From: Octopus sinensis
Lineage: Eukaryota
Direction: 5' to 3'
DNA length: 64,000 nucleotides
Assembly: GCF_006345805.1 (NCBI RefSeq)
Contig: NC_043018.1
Coordinates: 9,362,001 to 9,426,000, forward strand
A program made the translations under genes and the position numbers. The notes under the pieces were generated by a model. It was given only the letters and a program-made list of their open reading frames with translations, ran no database searches and had not been told where the DNA came from. Within the stretch, counting starts at the first letter, position 1, and each line of letters starts with the position of its first letter. Shown here piece after piece: positions 12,241 through 23,111 of this stretch.

Positions 12241-12623
12241 GTACTGTTTCAAGTTTTAATTTTTCCCGTTTTTCCTTATCCTTTATTGTTTCTGAAACAC
12301 TCATACACAGTTTGTGCCAGACTTCAAACCTACAGTGTTAAACGAAGTAACGGCCACGAAACAACAAATTTCAAATTAAACTTGTAACTTTTATCTCCCT
12401 CAGACAACAAAACAAAGTCAACTCGTTCGAATTCCTCCCCACCGCCCAACATACACACACATCACGAATTAAATAAATTTCCTATCGCGCCGTTTAAAAG
12501 TACATGCGAGGTTAAATTTAAGGGAGGTAACTCTGCGAAACCAGTTGTAAGCGCTAGCTGAAGATTTTGATTCCTTTCGTCCCTTCTCTAACTCGATTTC
12601 TGTTGAAATACATGAATATTTTC

Positions 12624-12973
12624 GGATCTTTTCGGTTTGAACGGCAGTTTTTTTAAAATAATTTCCACGTAACTAAACACTTTTAAACTTCGTATGCTGG
12701 TAGAATGTGTTTATAAAACATCTTTTTCTCTTGGCTTTCTTGAGAAAATTCTATTATTTGTAAGATATTTGTTGTTTTTTTCTTCAATTTCTGCAATTTC
12801 AACCAATCACTGACATCTATTGAGGTAAAAAAAAACATTCTGTGCCGTATGAATATGTCCCACGTTTAAGAAACAGATTGAAATGCAATAGATCGATACT
12901 AGGGACATAATTATGGGTGACAATTTCATATGACACCGCTAGAAGAAAACTGCCGTTCAAACCGAAAAGATCC
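12624..12973 (+). mobile_element. Same MITE family, internal deletion between two AAACAGATTG repeats
   Basis: Both TIRs intact; no matching TSD. Confidence 0.85.
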
Positions 12974-13442
12974 GTGCTTTGTTTCAACTAATTTTGAAAT
13001 AATGAATTTAGTAAAATAATTTTGTCATTATTAAGCTGGTATTCAGAACAAAATAGCATGGAAGGTTTTAATTTACTTTCCTTTAAAACGGGAAGTTTGC
13101 ATCATAGAACCAATTTCAAGTGGGTTTATATCCAAACGGTTAAATATACGATCAGATATCTTTTCATTCACCAACGACAAACAGCAATGAGTTACCATTA
13201 TCACAGATTTGTTTAAACAGGTCTGACTCATTTGAATGCTTTTAAATTTTAAATTTTAAATCTGCTTCCTCCATCTAAGCTGACTGAAATATTCCATTCC
13301 CATGTAGTAAAAAGTTTTGGCGAGAACTGTATGAGTGACCTCCAGTATATTACAGGTACTTATTTCTTTGAACAGATGATAGGCTAAATAAAAACTCCAC
13401 TAGAATATGAATTCATAAAAAAGCTAAATCAAACTAAATAGT

Positions 13443-13705
13443 GTTCTAGATTTAAGAGATGAGAAATTGTGTACATTATTTACAATTGACGGATATTTGT
13501 CCTCAACTTGTTTGTTGTTAACATAACGTTTCGGCTGATATACCCTCCAGCCTTCATCTGGTGTCTTGGGGAAATTTCAAACCTAGGTTCTCATTCCTAA
13601 GGTATTTTTCAATGTTGTTATTATTATTATTGACTGCCTGGAATCAAACTTGGAATCTTGGGGTTAGTAGCCCACGCTCATAACCACTACACCGTATGCC
13701 CGCGA
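13443..13705 (-). mobile_element. tRNA-like head + (AAT)n + Penelope-like tail carrying a hammerhead fold
   Basis: Minus strand reads GCGGGCATACGGTGTAGTGGTTATGAGC...AGTTTGATTCC (A/B boxes), then (AAT)n, then the same tail seen at 5.2, 14.1 and 41.8 kb. Confidence 0.7.
13520..13565 (-). ncRNA. Minimal type I hammerhead ribozyme fold, core mutated (CAGAUGA)
   Basis: GACAC-CAGAUGA-A-GGCUG(loop)CAGCC-GAAA-CG-UU-AUGUU. Confidence 0.6.
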
Positions 13706-14094
13706 GCAATTATGGAGTGAATTAGTGTTAGGAGAATTAAGGATAGGAGAATATGAGATTTATAAGTCCGAAAATTCAAAAATTCACTCCATAATGACAC
13801 TCTCTCTTTCTTTCTTTCTCTCACGCGCACGAGAGTGCAAAGTTTGCTTCCCAACCACATGGTTCCGGGTTCGGATCCCCGACGTGGCACCTTGGCCAAG
13901 TGTATTCTACTGTAGACCCGACCAAAGCTTTGTGAGTGGATTTCCGGAAACGAAAAGAAGCCCATGATATGTAATCAAAATCTCGAAGCTACGAGATAAT
14001 ACATGATTAATTCAAAACCATGTGGATAAATAAGCATCACATTTGACAGAGTAATCTGAATGAGAAGAGGTTGAATATACCTTGTGGTAAATAA

Positions 14095-14232
14095 TAATAA
14101 TAACAGCATCAAAAATACCTTAGGAATGAGAATCCAGGTTCGAAATTTCCCTCCCAAGACACCTGATGAAGCTGAAACGTTGTGTTAACAACAAACAAGA
14201 TGAGGACAAATCCGTCAATTGTAAATAATGTA
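14095..14232 (+). mobile_element. Penelope-like tail fragment with an intact hammerhead core but collapsed stem II
   Basis: GACAC-CTGATGA-AGCT-GAAA-CGTT-GTGTT at 14158-14186. Confidence 0.7.
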
Positions 14233-15653
14233 AACTAAGTATTTCTTCCAAATTTTTGGCACAAGGCCAGCAATTTCAGGAGAGGATGTAAATTGATTAT
14301 ATCAACCCCAGTGTGCAACTGGTACTTATTTTACTGATCCCCTAAAGGATGACAGGCAAAGTCAACCTTGGCAGAATTTGAACACAGAATGTAAAGACAG
14401 ACGACATGCTGCTAAGCATTTTTCCTGGCATGCTAATGATTCTGCCAGCTTGCCACCTCAGAATTAAACTAGATACTGTAACATTTTTTAGTCTGGTATG
14501 TTACTGTAGCAACTCATCCTCAAAGTATATCTAAAACACAACATCCATAGAATGATTTCAACAAAGACCTGCGTTTTAAAATCTCAAATCGCCAAGAATT
14601 ACAGTAAAGGAAGCAATGAACATCATCATAAAGTGTGAATTGGGTCTACAATCTGGATGTGATAGCAACTTCCAGTAAATACCCTTAGAACATCATCACC
14701 GTTTAATGTCCACTCTTCCATACTTGCACTTATGCATACCTTTCCTTCTTGGAACACAAAACTCTACTTGCAAAGACCTGTTGAGGCAAGTGAAAATCAA
14801 AATCGATCAACATCAATGGAAATTGTAGCTGTGATACCAGTGCTGGTGGCACATAAGAGAACCATCCGAACGTGGCCATTGCCAGCGCCGTGCCGGTGGG
14901 ACGTAAAAGGCACCATCCGATCGTGGCTGTTGCCAGCCTCATCTGGCACCTGTGCTGGTGGCACGTAAAAAGCACCCACTACACTCACAGAGTGGTTGGC
15001 ATTAGGAAGGGCATCCAGCCGTAGAAACATTGCCAGATCAGACTGGGCGTGGTGCAGCCTTCTGGCTTCCCAGACCCCAGTTGAACCGTCCAACCCATGC
15101 TAGCATGGAAAGCGGAGGCTAAACGAAGATGATGATGATGCATGGGTCAGATGGAATTTACTGAAGTAGATTTTCTATAGCCAGATGCCCTTCCTGGTGC
15201 CAACCAGGTTTCCAAGCAAGGAAATATTTCTCCATGGCTAAACATCATCATTTAACGTCTGTTGTCCATGCTGGCATGGGTTGGACAGTTTGGCCAGGGC
15301 TGGCAAGCTGAGGGGCTGCACCAGATTCCAGTCTGATTTGGCATGGTTTCTATGGCCGGATGCCCTTCCTAATGCCATGTGGCAGAATGTTGGTCAAGAC
15401 AAAGAAACACAAATATACACACACATGATGGGATTCTTGCATTTTCCATGCTTGACCAAATCCACTCACAAGGCTTCAGTTGGCCTGGGGCTATAGTAGA
15501 TGACACTTGCCTAAGGTACCACACAGTGGAACTGAACCAAAAAACAATGTTTGGAAAGCAAACTTCCATGATTAATTCTACCCCTAATCTTATCCTCACC
15601 AACCCCTAAAACAGTCATAAATAAACAAACAATACAATAAAACACCAACTGAC

Positions 15654-15716
15654 CTTCGTTTATGGGGTTTGCCCCTAAAATGTTCTTTCAAGGCAAAATT
15701 GCTGATGAAATATTTC
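15654..15716 (-). CDS. ZNF593: ZNF593 coding exon 2
   Basis: cttttacag|G AAA TAT TTC...CAT AAA CGA AG|gtcagt. The 63-nt phase 2-2 exon reads (S)KYFISNFALKEHFRGKPHKR(R) and completes the C2H2 finger. Confidence 0.93.
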
Positions 15717-15759
15717 CTGTAAAAGACAAAAACAGGGAACATGGGATAAAATTCTTAAT

Positions 15760-16249
15760 TCATTCTTTTCTTGGTATTCAAATCTAAGTAGAGACTTCAA
15801 ACTTGAAACATTCAAAGCCACAGTCGAACCAGTTCTACTTATATGGCTCAGAAACCTGGATGTTATCAAAGAAGCTTGAGAGGCGGTTGGATGGAACTTA
15901 CACTCGCCTCCTTATGAGAGCTCAAAATCTCTCGTGGAAGCGTCATCCAACCAAAGTACAAATATATGGGAAATTACCACCTGTATCATCTCTTGTGAAA
16001 GGTAGAAGAGTCCAGTTTGCTGGACATTGTTGTAGAGCTGAAAACGAGGTAATTTCTACTCTTCTCCTCTGGAAGCCATCTGCTCGCGATACCGGAGGGC
16101 GCACACTCTCCTACCCTGATGTAATCTCCAGAGATACAGGCATCCAGCAACAGGACCTCCGTAATGCTATGATGGACCGTGAAGTCTGGTGTAACATAGT
16201 AAATTCCATTGTCTCGACCACGGTCGAACAATGATGATGATGATGATGG
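15760..16249 (+). mobile_element. RTE-type LINE 3' fragment (second family) in ZNF593 intron 1, antisense to the gene
   Basis: ...LYGSETWMLSKKLERRLDGTYTRLL...RRVQFAGHC...* followed by a (TGA)n tail; one frameshift near 15838. Confidence 0.85.
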
Positions 16250-17311
16250 CCAAATTGATAGGGAAGTGGACGAAACAGTTGAAACATCACTAGTCCACAT
16301 GGTGGCCGCAAGACAGTATTATATCCACAGTCAAAACAAACTCCTGAGTGACAGATTCCATGGTCAAATCTGACAAAACAAACACATTTATGATCAAAGA
16401 TCATTCTAGCCTTGACTGTACCACCTTTTCTCCTGGAAGTGTACTATGGACGACATCTTCAAATGTGTCTTTTCATAATGAAGTAGGGTGTGGTTTAAAG
16501 GAAACTTGACTGTTATTTCTAGCGATTCAAACAACCTCACAAAGGTAGCTTCATTGGCTTGAGATAGCAGTAAGTAGATTCCAGAGAATAGGAACAACTT
16601 TTTTTTTGTTGTTGCAAGCAGTGGCAGTACTGTAAAAGTGATGAGTGTTTCCTTCCTTTGAAATTCTGAATTTTCAACCTCCTTTGAAAATATGGCCAGA
16701 AAAATTAACACCCGCCTCTTATATAAAAGTCACAAGACTCTTCCTACACCACTGGTTTAAATTCAAGATTTAGTTAATTATGGAAAATGTGCCTTTGTGT
16801 CCTGAGTTCAAATCCTGTCCAGGGTACATTTTGGTTTTCATCCACTGAAGGTCAACATAATTGACTAAGCCTTAGGAGGAGCTCCAGTATGGTCACAGTC
16901 TGATGACTGAAACCAATGAAAGATATCCAAATGGCTCAACTGCTGCTACTCTCTCAATTTCACACCTGAACAACTCATCTCAAAGAAACCAGGTAAACTC
17001 CCAGACAGGTTCCATATATTTTATTTAATTATACAATAAAAAGACGTATTTTGTTGGATATAGACTTCCGATGGATTTATTGTATTTCTGAGAGTGAGGG
17101 TAGCAAGAGATTGTTTATCTTAACTTGGCAGGACAATTACCATACGGGGTATTTTTCTTTCAATGCACCGGGTTTGGGAGTTTTCTAGCAAATCTTTTGC
17201 TTAAAGCAGGGTCTAACCTTAGTATGGGTACTATGTAACTCAGAACAATTAGTCCTAATGTTAAATGCTCAATAACTAAGCAGTACCTCCCGAATTTATA
17301 GGTGAGAAGGG

Positions 17312-17688
17312 TGATCTTTTCACTTTGACCGGCAGATTTTTAAAATTATTTCTTTGTAACTAAACACTTTTAAACTTCGTATACTGGTAGAATGTGTTAC
17401 ATAAAACATCTTTTTCTCTTGGCTTTCTTGAGAAAATTCTGTAGTTTGTAAGCTATTTGTTGTTTAATTTCTTGCATTTTGGCAATTTCAACCAATCAAT
17501 GACGTCTATGAGGTGAATACAATTTCTCCAGATCTTTGTCAGCAACATTTATTTGCGGTGTGATATGAATCTGTCACTGATATTTATGAGAAAAATAGAT
17601 ACCCTGTGGCCATAAACTGAGGGGTCTCTCGTAAACAAAGTTACAAAGAAATTATTTTAAAAATCTGCCGGTCAAAGCGAAAAGATCC
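17312..17688 (+). mobile_element. Second subfamily of the GGATC-TIR MITE (~50-bp TIRs)
   Basis: TSD GAGAAGGG at 17304-17311 and 17689-17696. Confidence 0.85.
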
Positions 17689-18270
17689 GAGAAGGGTGTT
17701 TGGATTAAGAATAAAACGTGTCAAAGGGTAGATGAATCTATTCTCGTTAAGAAGCCAATACCCTATTATTACAGCCTGTATAGACACACTATATATTCTT
17801 TTAGTTTTTAATCATGTGTGTGTGTGTGTATACACACCGATACAAGTAGATATTATATATGTGTTTATGTGTGATATATTCTTTTACTAGTTTTTAAACA
17901 GCATCCATAGTAGGTACATCATTCAGGTATATATGTATGTGTGTATATCGACTACTTACGACTAGCTAGCGCGGACGCGCGAGTGCGAGCACCGGGTCCA
18001 GTCTTCGCTAGTAGTACCCAAAAGATGTCCGGCCATTTACAATAAAGAATTCAGAAATTGAACCAAAGTTCTTCCAAAATCGACCCCCCCCCCCCTCCTA
18101 CGCCTAAATTTTATCAAGAAATTTGTAATCTACACCCTCACGACAAAATGTCATTAAAGGCTGTTCGTTTTAAATATAGTTATGAGGAAATAAAGTCAGT
18201 GGGTGGTGGTGGCGGGGTTATCAGGAGTTATGTCAATTGATTGACCCTGCTAAATTCGGAGGACTATGTG

Positions 18271-18504
18271 GGTACTACTTGAGAACAGTGGCCCCGGTGC
18301 GCGCACTGGCGTACTCGCGCATCCTCACTATCTAGTCGTGACTAGTCGATCCTACGACTACCTAGCAAAATAAAACACAAAATAATTTTTTTAAAACAAA
18401 GTAAATAAAACAAAAACAAAAAGGATCGACTAGTCACGACTAGCTAGAGCAGATGCGCGACTACGCGAGTGCGCGCACCGGGACCACTGTTCTCAAGTAG
18501 TACC
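18271..18504. mobile_element. Foldback MITE with ~83-bp GC-rich TIRs starting GGTACTAC (probable Merlin type)
   Basis: Arms at 18271-18353 and 18422-18504; perfect 8-bp TSD ACTATGTG. A solo related arm lies at about 17949-18018. Confidence 0.85.
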
Positions 18505-18556
18505 ACTATGTGTAAATCCATGGCAGACCAAGAGGAAGAAATAAATAAAAGAATCT

Positions 18557-19156
18557 GGCGTAACTTCGGTATAGGTACCGGATACATTTCAAGAAAGTGT
18601 TTTTTTTTATATATATGGGGGGGGGGTTAGGGTTTGTGTTAAGGTAAGGGTTAGGTTTAGGGGTGGGAGAAAAGGATTTCTGGGCGATCTTTCGCCTCTA
18701 GTAGACCTTTCCGTCGATTTCCGTAAAAATTTTTTTTTTTTTACATATGGGCTTGCGGGAGCTTTTGAAGTAATATACATACATATACACATACACCGAG
18801 TAAAAAATTTCAGTTATTTCTCTCTTTCACACACACTAACAGAAGCACTTCACTTACACAACATACTGTCTGTCTCCCACACCCCATCAAACACACACAC
18901 ACATGTACATCAATGCTTCACATGCACGGTAACTTCAAAAGAACTTCCCTCGTCATACAATCGCTTTCTCTTAGTCTCTTTCGCTCTCATTACTTCAAAA
19001 GTTCCCGCAAGCCCATATGTAAAAAAAAAAAAAATTTTTTTTACGGAAATCGACGGAAAGGTCTACTAGAGACGAAAGATTGCCGATTTCTGTTACCTTC
19101 AGAAATGTAAACAAAGCCACTTCCTGTACTTACGGTACCTATACCGAAGGATCGCC
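18557..19156. mobile_element. ~600-bp foldback element with outer and inner inverted repeats
   Basis: Outer ~24-bp TIR (GGCG..CTTCGGTATAGGTACCG); inner ~90-bp IR at about 18682-18773 vs 18990-19084; degenerate TSD AAGAATCT/AAGAGCCT. Confidence 0.75.
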
Positions 19157-19181
19157 AAGAGCCTGGCGGTTTCTTACTTAC

Positions 19182-19381
19182 GAGCAATGGAGACAGTAGA
19201 ACTGCGCGGCGCCGGGCAAATCGTAATTCACGGCTTGGTTCAATAGTTTCGAGGCCTCCGCAGGTTTCATGTCGACGTGGATTTGATCAACGTCCCTCAA
19301 ATAACGTTTGGTCTTCCATTTCTTCTTAAAACAACAAGCAGATTTGTTCTTATGGAATCCTTTCCTCGACGTGTGGGTCAT
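19182..19381 (-). CDS. ZNF593: Zinc finger protein 593 (Bud20 homolog, pre-60S export factor), coding exon 1
   Basis: MTH...KTKRYLRDVDQIHVDM...DLPGAAQFYCLHC matches the ZNF593/Bud20 N-terminus (DxDQIH, DLPG.GQ.YC..C). Ends TGC TC|GTAAGT, phase 2, 200 nt. Confidence 0.95.
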
Positions 19382-19680
19382 GGTTGTTTACACGTGCCGA
19401 GTCAGAGAATAAAGAGGAAGTTGGTGTTTGTTGCAATAACTCTTCTGTTAAGTGGAGGTAGATTTAGTGGTGGGGAGGTGCCAGCTCTGACGTCATTCAT
19501 CAAAGTCCGGTCTCGTCTTTTCCTGACCGGACAACTTTAAACGACAAAACAATCAGCTGATTTCTCTACACAGCCAATGCTTTATTTAATAATAATAATT
19601 AGTATTATTTGGCGATCGATACGATATAGTTTCGATTCGAAGTTAAGAACCAATTCGCTTCACTTTCTTGGCTGAAGTTT
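19382..19680 (-). promoter_or_regulatory. Probable ZNF593 promoter/5' UTR
   Basis: CpG-retaining stretch directly upstream of the ATG. Contains a perfect CRE/ATF palindrome TGACGTCA at 19488-19495 and an 8-bp inverted repeat GTCCGGTC/GACCGGAC at 19505-19532. Confidence 0.55.
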
Positions 19681-20374
19681 TGAGAAAAAATATGTCAAAA
19701 GACGTTTCTTTCTTCTATAAATAAGAACTCCAAGAGTGTGTATCCTTATAATAATTTACTTGTTTCAGTCATTTGTTGCGGCCATGCTGGAACACCACCT
19801 TAAAGGGTGTTTTTAATCGAGCAAATCGACCCCAGGACTTATCCTTCGTAAGCCTAGTACTTATTCTATCGATTTCCTTTGCCAATCTGCTAGTTTACGT
19901 GGACGTAAACACACCAACATCGATTATCAAGCGATGGTGGGGCACAAACACAGACACACACACACACAAACACATATAAATATATGACAGGCTTCTTTCA
20001 GTTTCCATCTACCAAATCCACTCACAAGGCTTTGGTCGGCCCGAGGTTATAGTAAAAGATGCTTACCCAAGGTACCACGTAGTAGGACTGAACCCTGAAC
20101 CATGTGGTTGGGAAACAAGCTTCTTACCACACTCCCACGCCTGTGCCTATGTATCTCTCTTTTACTCTTTTACTTGTTTCAGTCATGTGACTGTGGCCAT
20201 GCTGGAGCACCGCCTTTAGTCGATCAAATCGACCCCAGGACTTATTCTTTGTAAGCCTAGTACCTATTTTATCGGTCTCCTTTTTTGCCGAACCGCTAAG
20301 TTACGGGGACGTAAACACACCAGCATCGGTTGTCAAGCGATGTTGGGGGGACAAACACAGACACACAAACATGC

Positions 20375-20405
<31 letters not shown>

Positions 20406-21233
20406 CGACGGGCTTCTTTCAGTTTCCGTCTACCAAATCCACTCAAAAGGCTTTGGTCGACCCGAGGCTATAGTAGAAGACACTTACCCAAGGTGCCACG
20501 CAGTGGGACTGAACCCGGAACCATGTGGTTGGTAAGCAAGCTACTTACCACACAGCCACTCCTACGCCTATGTTTGGTAATATATCTTTTTTTTCAGCCA
20601 TTGGACTGTCTCAAAAGTTTCTTTAGTCAAACAACTCAGTATGTATTCTATTGGTTTATTTTGCTGAACTGCTAAGTTACAGGGACATATGCACAAGGCA
20701 ATGCTGGTTGGATATATACACACATTACAGGTTCCTTCCAGTTTCCGCCTATCAAATCCACTTACAAGGTGTAAAACGCTTCCTTTTTTCCGAGCTGAGA
20801 TTTGAAACCAAATCTGAGTATTCTTGCTCATCTGATCCACCACTGGCCAAACGGGTGTGAAAGAAATTTCTCTGTCCTGTCAAAAAGTGATGGATGGATT
20901 TCTCTTCGACCTCTGACCTGAGCTGTTTTATTTAAGGTTCAAGTGGACAAGAGGCGACCTACATAGGTAGAAATTACTCCTGTGGTATATCTGTCCTTCT
21001 AGCTGGGATGACCCTTATAAATACAGTCAGACACACGACAGATAAGCAGACAGCCAGCAAGAGGCAAACGGTCAACAGACCGCAGTTAACTTGTGCCAGT
21101 CAAGCAGCCAACACAGAACCACATGTTCGGCATGAATGACCCAACACAGAACATACACAGACATGACCAAATGACCAAAGCACACACAAACACAAAGCAT
21201 GCCCAGTTCTACCACATCACATCAAGAGAGTAT

Positions 21234-21859
21234 GGATCTTTTCGGTTTGAACGGCAGTTTTTTCTAGCAGTGTCATATGAAATTGTCACCCATAATTATG
21301 ACCCTAGTATCGATCTATTGCATTTCAATCTATTTTAGGGTTAGGGGTTGGGGGAAGGGTATCTTTTTTTCTTCAGAAATGTAAATAAACCCAATCTGTT
21401 TCTTAACCCTTTCGTTACTGTATTTATTTTGAGATGTTCTGTGTTTCTTTCAATTACTTTAAATATAACAAAGAATTTAGTAAAATAACTTAGTTATCAT
21501 TCAGCTTGTATTAGGAACATAAATTGTGACTAAGGTTTGGTGGAAGATTTTAATTAAAGCCTTAAGAAAACAAGACATTTGTACAACAGAGCCAGAGCTA
21601 GTTTCAGCCGGGTTGGTAACAAAAGGGTTAAACAAGGGACATTTTCATATGGCACAGAATGTTTTCACCTCAATAGACGTCATTGATTGGTTGAAATTGA
21701 AGAAAAAAAACACCAAATATCTTACAAACCATAGAATTTTCTCAATAAAGCCAAGAGAAAAGATGTTTTATAAACACATTCTACCAGTATACGAAGTTTT
21801 AAAGTATTTAGTTACGTGGAAATTATTTTTAAAAACTGCCATTCAAACCGAAAAGATCC
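21234..21859 (-). mobile_element. GGATC-TIR MITE interrupted by a piggyBac-type MITE
   Basis: Outer TSD GAGAGTAT/CAGAGTAT; inner element 21407-21627 flanked by a duplicated TTAA. Confidence 0.85.
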
Positions 21860-22382
21860 CAGAGTATTTCTCCTGTTTATTTTTTACTTTGCCAACTTGA
21901 ATCAAGTTGGTAATGTTATGTAGCAGATTTTCTTGTGCATACAACACATAAATGCAAGTGTCAATTAAATTATTCAAACCACAATCTGATGCTTTCCCAT
22001 TATTTTACTTTGATCTCGTCCACATGCCTGTTTCATCTTCTACATCAACAGCATCTTTTGCTACACATCCCGCTACAAAGGTTTTGGTTGGACTCTTGCT
22101 ATAACAAAAGATACTTGCCCAAAGTGCCATGCAGTGGGACTGAACCTGGAACCATGTGGTTGGGAAGCAAACTTCTTATTTGTTTACTACCCACAAGGGG
22201 CTAAACATAGAGGGGACAAACAAGGACAGACAAAAGGATTAAGTCGATTATATCGACCCCAGTGCATAACTGGTACTTAATTTATCAACCCCAAAAGGAT
22301 GAAAGGAAAAGTCAACCTTGGTGGAATTTGAACTCAGAACATAAAGAAAGAAAACATTAATGCAAGAGTAGTGATGTTGGCC

Positions 22383-22687
22383 GTGGAGGTACATGGCCTA
22401 GTGGTTAGAGCAGCGGACTCACGGTCGAGGGATCATGGGTTCGAACCTCAGACCGGGCAATGTGTGTGTTTATGAGCGAAACACCTAAGCTCCATGCAGC
22501 TCTGGCAGAACGTAATGGCAAAACTTCTGCTGACTCTTTCGCCACAACTTTCTCTCACTCTTTCCTCCTGCATCTTGCAACTCACCTGCGACGGACCGGC
22601 GTCCCATTCAGGTGGGGAACCTATGCGCCAAGAAACCAGGAAACCGGCCCTTATGAGCCAGGCATGGCTCGAGAAGGAACAAACAAC
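22383..22687 (+). mobile_element. tRNA-derived SINE, third family (GTGGAGG..GGCCTAGTGGTTAGAGC head). Copies at about 40325-40633(-) and 42343-42655(+, different tail)
   Basis: Clear A/B boxes; 12-bp TSD AGTGATGTTGGC. Confidence 0.85.
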
Positions 22688-23111
22688 AGTGATGTTGGCT
22701 GGGATAATCATATTACACTTGTGCTCTGCCCTCTCCCTCTCTTTTACTGGTCCTCTCTTTACAGCTCCTCTGCCTCCTTAACACCTCATCTTTCTCTTCC
22801 TAATGTATATTGCACCACTATCCTCTCCCCAGCTTTTCATATTCACCGAACCCTCTCATTCATATAACATAGGGTCATATGAACTCATTTTACTATCATT
22901 ATCTCACACACACACATTCACACACTCTCTTTCTGTTTCTCTCTCTCTCCCCTTCTAAGTCTGTCATTTCTCTTTCATGACTTCCCCCAGCCCTGTCCCT
23001 TCTTTTACCTTTTCATAAAAATGAATTTGTTCTTCCCATCATACTTTTACTTCACTTAACACCTCACCTTCAACTCTCCTCATATCATCACCCTCTCCTT
23101 TAGTCTTCCTC

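Noticed and set aside
13630-13705. Possible tRNA genes here and at 22383, 40560 and 42343
   Set aside because: Acceptor and T stems do not pair properly and each continues into a repeat body; they are SINE heads.
20856-22104. Possible solo LTR (TG...CA, TATA box)
   Set aside because: No matching TSD and no convincing terminal inverted repeat.
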